From assembly GCA_963662315.1 (NCBI GenBank), contig OY759353.1, forward strand, positions 2,080,001 to 2,144,000: 64,000 bases of DNA, in the 5' to 3' direction. The translations under genes were made by a program, and so were the position numbers. This DNA comes from Geopsychrobacteraceae bacterium. Lineage in GTDB: Bacteria > Desulfobacterota > Desulfuromonadia > Desulfuromonadales > Geopsychrobacteraceae. Within the stretch, counting starts at the first letter, position 1. Each line of letters opens with the position of its first letter. The notes beneath the pieces are model-generated. The model was not told where the DNA came from. It ran no database searches and saw only the letters and a program-made list of their open reading frames with translations. This document shows, in pieces, positions 20,398 to 28,676 of this stretch.

Positions 20398-20967
20398 TTA
20401 GCTGTGATTTTCAAAGACCCTTCCCATTTCAAAATCAATGTACCTATGTAGACGAACCTCTTTCCCATTTTTCATTTTCACACGGCATGTGCATAGGAAT
20501 GGACCATATGCAGATGTTGAAATACCAATAAGCCCGTTTTTCTCAGTTTCTTTATAGACCTTATTGCCCCAGTAAGAACCAAGAAAGAACTCTGCATATT
20601 CAATATCACTAAATAGTTCTGATTTGTGCCTGACCAAATAGATAAAAATATCAAAATCGTGGCCGCGCTTATTTGATGGCTCTATGACGTGAGCTAGGAA
20701 CAAGCCATTGTTTGAATTGTATAAACCGTCACGCTCTTTTGACCAATCATCTTCTTGTTGTGAAGGGGCTTTACTAGGCGTGACTTTCTCAAGTGCCTTC
20801 AAATCTTGGCCTAGTTCAACAGGACCGGCTTTGAATGAGCTCCCTGATGCAACTCGTTGCTTAATGGCCTCAAACAAGCCCGATAACTGAGACGCAAACT
20901 TGCGCACGAAATAGACGATTAAGCCGATCCAGGCCAGTGTTTGCAGTAAAGGCACCCAATCTTTCAT
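20398..20967 (-). CDS. Cassette gene 4: N-terminal TM helix plus putative prokaryotic YEATS-like domain
   Basis: IEYAEFFLGSYWGNKV...STSAYGPF...LHRYIDF resembles pYEATS (recognised from memory, not searched); low GC; follows a GTTAGCT core. Confidence 0.6.
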   Translation of the reverse strand: MKDWVPLLQTLAWIGLIVYFVRKFASQLSGLFEAIKQRVASGSSFKAGPVELGQDLKALEKVTPSKAPSQQEDDWSKERDGLYNSNNGLFLAHVIEPSNKRGHDFDIFIYLVRHKSELFSDIEYAEFFLGSYWGNKVYKETEKNGLIGISTSAYGPFLCTCRVKMKNGKEVRLHRYIDFEMGRVFENHS

Positions 20968-20993
20968 TTAGCCTCCGTTTTCAAACAGCTAAC

Positions 20994-21140
20994 GAGTCTG
21001 TAGGAAAACCTCCCTGAGAAAAAGGACAATTAAAAGTAGCTTTCATATTTCCCCTCAGATCGATTTTCTCGTTTAAGTTAATGGTTTTGCAGCCCTTAAA
21101 ATACATGTATTTTTCAATTCCTGATGTTGTCTACAGCCTC
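20994..21140. mobile_element. 147-bp non-autonomous MITE-like insertion in the attC GTT core
   Basis: Ends GAGTCTGTAG / CTACAGCCTC (imperfect TIR), flanked by an AAC direct repeat (20991-20993 and 21141-21143). Confidence 0.65.
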
Positions 21141-21225
21141 AACGGTGAAATAACCGGTGGCCGACGCCGTTACAGCCAAGTAGCTCTCTTGCGAATTTCG
21201 GCTACCGTTGTCCCATCCGGTTGAT
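21141..21225 (-). other. attC site of cassette 3, distal part (L'', L', R'), split by IS110
   Basis: Minus strand ATCAACCGG...CCGGTTAT TTCACC GTT; its R'' GCACAAC lies at 22896-22902. Confidence 0.75.
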
Positions 21226-21355
21226 CTACTATTATCCTTATCACATCAACAAAGAGGACTCCTCCCTGTCATAATCACTGTAATTCGGACAGTGAACCTA
21301 CGAGCGTGATCCGGACAGATCCGCCAATTTTTTGCCTGATCAAGGAGGAGCCCAC

Positions 21356-22627
21356 ATGAAGAATATCATAAAGACTGCTCAAGAAAATCATTCTGTTGCG
21401 ATTCTGGCCTTCGATGTCAGTAAAAAGACTCTCAACATGGCAACGAAAATTACTGGGCGATTAACCGACCATGAGTTTCGTAACTCAACACCGGATATTG
21501 AAAAAGAGCTTATCGCCTGGAAGCACCGTGCTCACATGGCTGGTTCCTCACAACTTTGTGTTGTCTGTGAACCAACGGGCTGTTATCACACGACCTTGCT
21601 GGCGACAGCGCACCGACTGGGCTTATAAACCGCCTGGGTATCCGGCGAAACCGTATTTAAAATGCGGGCTATCGAAACCAATGATTCCGGTAAAACGGAT
21701 CTCAAAGACCCGCATGTCATTCATACCCTGGCAAGCATGGGTAAAACGCTCATCTGTCGCCATTATGAGGAGACCTATGCCTTGCTGAGGCAATGGCATG
21801 TTCTCTATGAGCAAACAGATGTCGAGTGCGTACGGGCGAAATGCCTGCTTTCTACTCAACTAAAAGTCCTGTTTCCCGATTACGACTTCCAAAAGGACTT
21901 CCTCTACACCCGTTCAGGTACAGCACTGGTTGATCTTTATGGTATGAACCCGTTGCGCATCGTTGCCGAGAGCAAAGAATGCTTTTGCCAGCGGATGAAA
22001 CAGGTTGTACCTCGTATTCACCGTAGCACTCTGGACAGGCTCTACAGCCAGGTCCAGAGTTCAATCAGAAATCAAAGCAATACGCGACTGGTTGAGATTC
22101 AACAATGGCGCTTCCGACAATTATGGGACGATTGTCAGCGGCATCAGCAGCGTAAAGACGGAGCGAAACAGCATATGGAAGCTCTCTACGTGGAGCTGTG
22201 CCAGTTTGATCCCCAGTTGCCACAACAGCAGCCCGAGGTCATTACGACTTTCCATTTGGCACGCATCGTGGCCGAAACTGGCCCGGTCAGTGACTTTGAT
22301 ACTCTACGCAAATTCATGCGCTATGCCGGTTTGAATTTACGTGAGAAGCAAAGCGGAACCTATCGCGGTAAAAACAAGCTGAGTAAAAAGGGACGCAGCC
22401 TGTTACGTAAGGTTCTCAGTTTGATTGTCCTTCCTCTTGTGAAGAAGAAAGGACTTTACGGGCCGTACTACCACAACAAAAAAGCTCACGGTATGTCAGG
22501 AACCAAGGCCATGACCGCCGTGATGCGGAAATTCTTAAAGTTATTCTATGGGTGGTACAAGTCGGGTGGTCATTTTGACCGCGATCGTGTTTTTGCCTGC
22601 GAAAGTCAGTACCAATGTGCCGCTTAG
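21356..22627 (+). pseudogene. IS110-family DEDD transposase/recombinase with in-frame TAA at 21626-21628
   Basis: FDVSK, CEPTG, KTDLKD (DEDD) and the C-terminal QSG..GK..LSKKG motif lie in one frame broken by a single stop; RBS AAGGAGG. Confidence 0.88.
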
Positions 22628-22663
22628 TACGGATCTATTAAACGAGAGTATTTCGTAATCCTT

Positions 22664-22820
22664 TTCGCATCAAGATGATCGCAATTTAATTGTCACTGCC
22701 AAGCAGATGATCAGGTTAATCGTCACCGTCACTTGATGCGAACCCGTTTAAAACATGGCCAATAAGGTAGACCCGCTCTCAGATTGAAGAGCCCAAGAGA
22801 CATTATCGCCAGTTTTAAAC
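22664..22820 (+). ncRNA. Putative bridge/seek RNA of the IS110 element
   Basis: Two stems (22664-74/22732-42 and 22746-54/22812-20), each enclosing an internal loop with segments matching target or donor junction. Confidence 0.65.
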
Positions 22821-22888
22821 ACACATAACTCTTTTGAGGGAGAATTATGTCTTCTGCTGTGAAAGATCACTTGATTTGTCTAAAGACA

Positions 22889-23281
22889 TTATTTTGTTGT
22901 GCCTTGTTCCTTAGAAATAACAAGTGCCCGAATCTCATTTTCAGCATTTTGACCCAACCCATACTTCCAAGAGGAAAACGGATTCATAATTATTGCTACC
23001 CATCCCATCATAGATGTTACTTTTACTTCCCCGATTTCTGTGGAATCAAATGAAACGGAGTAGCGTTCAACGCAATGTGTTGGAATGATGCCTAGAGTCA
23101 TAATCGTAAGCATTGGCTCAAAACAATTGGCACCTTGGGGAATTTTAGTTCTTATCCTTTCAACAGTTATCGTTTCATGATTGCTAGGTAAAGTGCCGAG
23201 TGGTTCCAAAGGAACTACCTTGTATGTAGCGCACCCCGTAATAAAGAGGACCAGTGAAAAAGACAGTAATATTTTGTACAT
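22889..23281 (-). CDS. Cassette gene 3: small lipoprotein (130 aa)
   Basis: MYKILLSFSLVLFITGC lipobox; RBS AGGAA; lies between GTTGTGC and GCACAAC. Confidence 0.75.
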   Translation of the reverse strand: MYKILLSFSLVLFITGCATYKVVPLEPLGTLPSNHETITVERIRTKIPQGANCFEPMLTIMTLGIIPTHCVERYSVSFDSTEIGEVKVTSMMGWVAIIMNPFSSWKYGLGQNAENEIRALVISKEQGTTK

Positions 23282-23308
23282 ATGATTCCTATGTCGATAT
23301 TCTCTGCA

Positions 23309-23386
23309 GCACAACGCCCGGCTCACGCGCCGGTTTGGTGCCGCGAAGCGGCGGAAAATCGGTCGCCGTACAGCCGACTGTTAGCT
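23309..23386 (-). other. attC site (78 bp) of the ParA-like cassette
   Basis: Minus strand AGCTAAC-AGTCGGCTGTACGGCGACCGATTT..CCGCTTCGCGG..AAACCGGCGCGTGAGCCGGGC-GTTGTGC, imperfect palindrome. Confidence 0.88.
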
Positions 23387-24444
23387 TAGAAGTTATCTAT
23401 AATGTGCTGAGCTAGTTTATCGTACTCATCTGCCATTTCGCCCATTAAGGTAATTTGATTATGAGCCCATTGCCCTCTGCCTCGAAGTGCATTTGTTGGC
23501 CGAAACTCCGACAAATAGCGGATAGGTACATTTTGGATAATGCTATCAGGGGCCATGACATTGAGATCTTCAATGCCGGCAACGGGTTCAATGTCAACAA
23601 AGTCTGGAACAGCGTCGTACGCATTAATATTTCCTAGTTGAGGAATCATATCATCCCGAATTGATTGGCTAATTGATCGATGGTGCTCGGCATCAGCACC
23701 AACCTCTCGCTTAACACCGTCCCGCCGTCTTGTGTCAAAGCCATTAAAAATCCAACCACCAAACTTGGGCACACCCTTTTGACTAATTACTGTATCACGA
23801 GGATTTCCCTCTAAATATCTTTCTTTACCCTGCTCCCAATCTCGAATAAATGAAGGCAGCATCTCGCCAATAAGCCCCACACAATATGCCGAAAAAAGAT
23901 CCGGGGTGCACGGTACTAAAAAGTAATCTGAACAATAGAGAGCCGAGCGAACTAATGTATTGAATGATGGAGGAAGATCGATTAGCACATATTCATATTC
24001 CACATCGTTATTTTTGGCCGCCTCTTGAGCAATTAGTGATGGCAGTATGAAACGATATAAACCAGAACCGCTAATAACATCTGTACCAACATTCAATATA
24101 TCGGAAAATGTGTTTAACCAAAAATCACCGGGGGCAAGATGAAGCAAACCATTTCTGGGTTCTGTCTTAGGTGAAAAAGTATAAACCTCGCCCATTCGAT
24201 TTTGCTGAATATATGGCAAAGCGAACGCCTTTATTGTCTTTCCAAAGGGGTGGTCATCAGTTGATTCTAAGAGTTCAGAAAACTCCTGATCACCCAAACA
24301 AGCGATTGACAGATTGCACTGTGGGTCAAAATCTATCAACAGTACATTGTGATTCTTATCTGCAAGAGCTACGGCTAGGTTCCAGGTGATGGAGGTTTTT
24401 CCGACTCCACCTTTATTGTTAAATACGGACACTGTTTTTGTCAT
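23386..24444 (-). CDS. Cassette gene 2: ParA/Soj-family ATPase
   Basis: Deviant Walker A NNKGGVGKT, IDFDPQCN, IDLPPS; no parB nearby. Confidence 0.85.
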   Translation of the reverse strand: MTKTVSVFNNKGGVGKTSITWNLAVALADKNHNVLLIDFDPQCNLSIACLGDQEFSELLESTDDHPFGKTIKAFALPYIQQNRMGEVYTFSPKTEPRNGLLHLAPGDFWLNTFSDILNVGTDVISGSGLYRFILPSLIAQEAAKNNDVEYEYVLIDLPPSFNTLVRSALYCSDYFLVPCTPDLFSAYCVGLIGEMLPSFIRDWEQGKERYLEGNPRDTVISQKGVPKFGGWIFNGFDTRRRDGVKREVGADAEHHRSISQSIRDDMIPQLGNINAYDAVPDFVDIEPVAGIEDLNVMAPDSIIQNVPIRYLSEFRPTNALRGRGQWAHNQITLMGEMADEYDKLAQHIIDNF

Positions 24445-24475
24445 TCATCTACCCTTTCTAAATTTGTAGAACCGA

Positions 24476-24568
24476 AGCTAACGCCAGCCATAACCGGCAG
24501 CAAAAAGCTGCATAGCGAGGAACGAGCGACGCAGCTTTTTGATATCCGAGTTTATGACATTGTTATGC
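24476..24568 (-). other. attC site (93 bp) of cassette 1
   Basis: Minus strand GCATAAC-AATGTC-ATAAACTCGG..CAAAAAGCTGC..GCAGCTTTTTG..CCGGTTAT-GGCTGGC-GTTAGCT. Confidence 0.88.
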
Positions 24569-24569
24569 A

Positions 24570-25886
24570 TTACTTCGCCCTATTTTCAAGTGAGTTCTCA
24601 ACTTGACTAGAGACAAACAGCCGCTTGGGTGTACGCTCGAAGAAGCGCATGTGATAAGTTGAAGAGCCCTTAGGCCTAACTCGTACCCACTGATCACTCA
24701 ACTCTGAATCATCAAAAAGCGCTGGAAAATTTGGATTAATTTCAGTTGCATCTATGTTGATATCTGATTCTGTAATTTCCTGCAGCTTGTAGCCATTAGA
24801 ATAGATATGAATCGCTTTAATTTTCTCGGCGAAGGATCGGTTAACAAATGGAAGAAACATGGTATCGTCAAGATCTCTGATGCTAATTACAGGAAAAAAG
24901 CGAATAAAGTTACATTTGCTGTAACTGATTGGCATGAACTCAACTTCATCCCTTCCTATAGAAGAGCCCGAACCAACTTGATTCCATTTTTCAGTTTCTT
25001 CGTCATGTTCGCTTGATTCATTATCGTTATCTTTAAAATTTATGTACTGCTCCCACTGACCGCTTCCAATACCGTATTTTATCCCTGATTGTTGTGAGCT
25101 AAAATCTGTATCAATGTCATTTCTCATGCGATTAGACTTATCAGATGCCCCGAACAACACTGATAATATTTTGTGCTTCGGCTCTTTTAGAGTGAGATAA
25201 CAAAATGCCCTGAAATGTCCAATTTCATCTCCAGAGTATTTTTTCTTTAGCTCAAACGAAATGGTTAAGCTTGTAATAGGATCGCTGGACTCCTGTAAAA
25301 ACAATACTCGATTTAAAGTGCCCTCGATCTTTTGAAAGCCGGATGAAATGACAGATTGAATATCATCACCCCAGCGCGAGAAAAAGCTAGCTTGCTCTTC
25401 TTCGGAAAGATGTATATTTAAATATTGAAACCTAATAGAGAAGCCATCAGGACTATCCAGAGCTATTCGCAGGCGTTCACGATCAAAAATATCGCAATTT
25501 AAGATCCCTTCTTTTTTTGCCTGTGTGATCAGCGAGTCTTTTTCACCAATCGTTAAATTGATGTTTGTAAAAAAGACAAACGCCTTCAATTTGGGTTCTG
25601 CGGAAATTGCACTCTCAAGATCATCAGAGAACTTGTTCTTTATTTTCTTTTTTTGTTCTTCTGAATCATTTGCTTGATTTACGAAGCCAACGGCACCAAA
25701 AGCAGTTAGCTCGTCTCGAAAAATTGCTTGAATATCCCGCCCACCGTCTGGGCCGCCACGCGGATGCCTAGGCCTGACGTCCGTAAATCTCTTGTCTGTT
25801 GCAAGAACTGCTCTACACATCTGCTCTCTATGGAGCTGATTTGTATCCAAATAGCTCTTGAGCTTTTCATCCGTTTGATAGGGCAA
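24570..25886 (-). CDS. Cassette gene 1: hypothetical protein with N-terminal restriction-endonuclease-like region
   Basis: GGPDGGRDI and FVFFTN motifs resemble Mrr/REase-fold N-termini; low GC; bounded by GTTATGC (25910-25916) and GCATAAC. Confidence 0.6.
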   Translation of the reverse strand: MPYQTDEKLKSYLDTNQLHREQMCRAVLATDKRFTDVRPRHPRGGPDGGRDIQAIFRDELTAFGAVGFVNQANDSEEQKKKIKNKFSDDLESAISAEPKLKAFVFFTNINLTIGEKDSLITQAKKEGILNCDIFDRERLRIALDSPDGFSIRFQYLNIHLSEEEQASFFSRWGDDIQSVISSGFQKIEGTLNRVLFLQESSDPITSLTISFELKKKYSGDEIGHFRAFCYLTLKEPKHKILSVLFGASDKSNRMRNDIDTDFSSQQSGIKYGIGSGQWEQYINFKDNDNESSEHDEETEKWNQVGSGSSIGRDEVEFMPISYSKCNFIRFFPVISIRDLDDTMFLPFVNRSFAEKIKAIHIYSNGYKLQEITESDINIDATEINPNFPALFDDSELSDQWVRVRPKGSSTYHMRFFERTPKRLFVSSQVENSLENRAK

Positions 25887-26219
25887 ATTGTTTCTCCGTG
25901 CTTTTTACTGCATAACGAATTAAGGGTTTTTGCGACGCGCAGCCGTCGTAAAAACGCCTGTTGGACTAAACCCCTCCGTTTAGATGACCTATGGATTTTT
26001 AAAGAGATGTCGGTGGGGAATAAAGGGTAAGCCTAGCGGGAATAAGGCTGTTTAGCAATGGATATTGCGACAAACGGTGGCATTTCGAGTGGAAAATTTT
26101 CCCTGAAGCCCCTGGGTCACAGTGCATGAGTGTGTTTTTTCGCGTTTCAGACGCACCTCGCCGCCTCCCTCGTCTCCCGCCTGTCGTTGCCTGATCGATT
26201 CTACCGTCATATTTGATCC

Positions 26220-27320
26220 TTATCCCGGCGGGCCGCGATTGGCGCGGGGAATCCAGCTGATAATCAGCATCAGGCCTTCCGCGCATTTAGGACAGGCTGA
26301 TGGATGCGGTCCGCCACCTGTTTCGGCTGTTTTAGTTTCCGTTTCTATCTGTCGGCTTTCTTCCTGAAGAGACAGTCCCCATTGCACATGTCGCAGCCGG
26401 GTTTTGTTGCGCGGACTAAACAGTCCGTAGTAACGCACCTTGTGAAAGCCTCGCGGGAGCACATGCTGAAGGAAACGACGCAGGAATTCTTCACCGGGCA
26501 GGGAAATTCTTTTCCAGTGGTTGTCTCGTGAATCCTTGTATGTGAAGGAGACCTGTTCCTTATTGACGCCAAGGATATGACTGTTGCCAATGGCGATACG
26601 ATGAACATAGCGTCCCAGATAGTCGAGCAGATTCTTGCTTCCCTGAACGGCGGGTTTGCAGTAAACCACCCAGCTCTTCTTCCAGACGGATTCAGGAAAG
26701 GGTTCGTCGGGGCAGGCGGTACGCGCCAGAGCCATGAATCTGGCGCGAAACAGTTGTGAGAGGGCCGCGACCGGAATCAGATATTTCTTCCGGGCTGAGC
26801 ACCAGTCTCCGTTGTTCGTCAGGCCGCCACCGGTGACCAGGCAATGGACATGGGGGTGATAGTGCAGTTGCCGGGTCCAGGTGTGCAACACCGCGAGGCT
26901 GCCGATCTCGCCGCCAACATAACGCGGGTCTGAGCACAAGGTGTGCAGGGCTTCCGCCGCAGCCTTAAAAAGAACGGCGTAAAGCGCTTTCTGTTGGCGG
27001 CGAACGATAGGTTGCAGTTCTTCCGGCAGGGTAAATACGACATGAAAATAGGGAATTGGCAACAGCTCCATCTGGCGTTTGTCCAGCCAGCGGCGACGGT
27101 CGCCGGTGTGACACTGCGGGCAGCTGCGATTGTGGCAGGAATGGTAGGTATAACGCTGGTGTCCGCAATGATCACACTGCGCCAGGTGACCGCCGAAAAC
27201 TTCCGTGCGGCAGGCACCGATATCACTCAGGGCGCGTAGATGGCTCGGCGGCATCCGCTTGCCATACTGGGCGCAATAGTCTGGGCCGAAGGTGCGGACG
27301 ATCTTCGCCAGATCCGCCAA
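26220..27320 (-). CDS. IS91-family (Y2 HUH) transposase with zinc-binding domain
   Basis: CDHC..HSCHNRSCPQC, HPHVH (HUH), YLGRY (Y2), HVLPRGFHKVRYYG. Confidence 0.93.
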   Translation of the reverse strand: MADLAKIVRTFGPDYCAQYGKRMPPSHLRALSDIGACRTEVFGGHLAQCDHCGHQRYTYHSCHNRSCPQCHTGDRRRWLDKRQMELLPIPYFHVVFTLPEELQPIVRRQQKALYAVLFKAAAEALHTLCSDPRYVGGEIGSLAVLHTWTRQLHYHPHVHCLVTGGGLTNNGDWCSARKKYLIPVAALSQLFRARFMALARTACPDEPFPESVWKKSWVVYCKPAVQGSKNLLDYLGRYVHRIAIGNSHILGVNKEQVSFTYKDSRDNHWKRISLPGEEFLRRFLQHVLPRGFHKVRYYGLFSPRNKTRLRHVQWGLSLQEESRQIETETKTAETGGGPHPSACPKCAEGLMLIISWIPRANRGPPG

Positions 27321-27333
27321 CAGGCGAATCTGG

Positions 27334-28179
27334 CTAAAGATCGTTCATCAGCTCGTCAAGAGATCCACTCAGGCGCTTCAACACTGCTTTCGTGACATGG
27401 GTGTAGATGGTGGTGGTTTTGGGCGAGGAATGCCCCAGCAACAACTGGATTACCCGCAGATCGACACCCTGCTCCAGCAGATGAGTAGCGTAACTGTGGC
27501 GCAGGGTACGGACTGATGCCTGTTTCTTCACGTCGCTAAACTCCAGAGCCAGCTTGAAGGATTTCTGCGGCAATGACGGGCTGACTGGGCCCTGTCCATC
27601 CGACGAAGGAAACAGCCAAGGTCCCGACAACTTCTGTTCTCTCCAGTATCGCCGCAATTTCTCCAATATTCCGTGAGGTAAAGGAACGGAGCGGTCTTTT
27701 CCGCCTTTGCTGTCGCGCACCCAGAGCAATAGGCGCTCGCTATCGATATCCTTGACGCGCGCGTTCAGCCCCTCAGACAGGCGCAGACCACAGGCGTAGA
27801 TCAGCGTCAGCAGCATGTGAGCTTTCGGGTTCCGGACCAAACTCAGAATAGTCCGCACTTCGGCGACGGAGAGCACATCCGGCAGCTTAAGACGTTTGCG
27901 CGGTTTGACCAGATCGAGTACCGGCAATTCTCGCCCCAAAGTTTTTTCGTAGAAGAATTTGACGCCGGACAGATATTGCCTGACGGTGCTGCTTGAGGCT
28001 TGTCTGTCATTGATCAGATAGAGAAAATAACGCCGGATGTCTTCGTCATCCAGCAGATCCGGCGAGCGCTTATAATATCGCGCCAGCAAACTGACCGCCG
28101 CGATATAACTCTCTTGCGTCCGTTTAGCGTAACCGTGAAGTTGCAAATCCTGAATCATTCTGCGTCTAAGTTCCGTCAT
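27334..28179 (-). CDS. Tyrosine recombinase (SAM-like N-terminus), IntI-related but without the integron insertion
   Basis: GLRLSE, KGGKDR, RTLRHSYATHLLE, LLGH..TTTIY; 281 aa; RBS AGGAGG. Confidence 0.92.
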   Translation of the reverse strand: MTELRRRMIQDLQLHGYAKRTQESYIAAVSLLARYYKRSPDLLDDEDIRRYFLYLINDRQASSSTVRQYLSGVKFFYEKTLGRELPVLDLVKPRKRLKLPDVLSVAEVRTILSLVRNPKAHMLLTLIYACGLRLSEGLNARVKDIDSERLLLWVRDSKGGKDRSVPLPHGILEKLRRYWREQKLSGPWLFPSSDGQGPVSPSLPQKSFKLALEFSDVKKQASVRTLRHSYATHLLEQGVDLRVIQLLLGHSSPKTTTIYTHVTKAVLKRLSGSLDELMNDL

Positions 28180-28676
28180 GACATCCTCCTTGGGTGAGGA
28201 GTGATCTCATAACGGTAGCAACATAAACAGGATGAATAAGAATAAGAAAAGACAGCCGAACAGCTGCCTTTTAAGATACCGCGTAGCGGTTTAGTTCAAC
28301 TACAATGAGGAGGTCTGTATAAACCTGTAAATAAAGACACAAACCTGCCTGCCTATATCATTATTAGATTTTTATCAAATTTTCTAAGTATTCACCATAC
28401 CTGATTTTATTCAGTGTAGTGTGGATTTTTTATCAAAGTTAGACAGATCTGCCTATACAGGCTTCAAGCGACCAGTGGAAGGCGAATTTCAAAACTTAGA
28501 CCTTATATTTGATAATCGCCGGACGCCGGTGAAAACCTCCCCTTTTCAAAAAAATCCTGTTTGTTGAACAAAGCATCTTCTGCTTTGCTATAATTTTTCA
28601 GAGTCTGTTAAACGGGACCTTACCGATCAATTAAAACAAACTGCGTAAATCCTTTGCCCCCTTTAGGAGATCCTTA

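Larger units (their letters stand above)
21226..22889 (+). mobile_element. IS110/IS1111-type insertion sequence inserted in attC at an AT core
   Basis: Removal restores attC GCACAAC-AAAATA-ATCAACCGG; joined ends form a TTGATT-17bp-TATTAT promoter. Confidence 0.8.
25960..28300 (-). mobile_element. Tyrosine recombinase plus IS91-like HUH transposase element with 13-bp terminal inverted repeats
   Basis: GTTGGACTAAACC (25960-72) and GGTTTAGTTCAAC (28288-300), 12/13 match; GC-rich interior. Confidence 0.75.

Noticed and set aside
21231..22892. ATTAT at both IS ends as a 5-bp target duplication
   Set aside because: It would leave an attC with an over-long R''-L'' spacer; the AT-core model restores canonical spacing, gives a 17-bp junction promoter and fits the guide loops
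27334..28179. Calling the recombinase a classical integron integrase (intI)
   Set aside because: It is too short, lacks the IntI-specific insertion before WLFPS, is co-oriented with the cassettes and is paired with an IS91-type transposase
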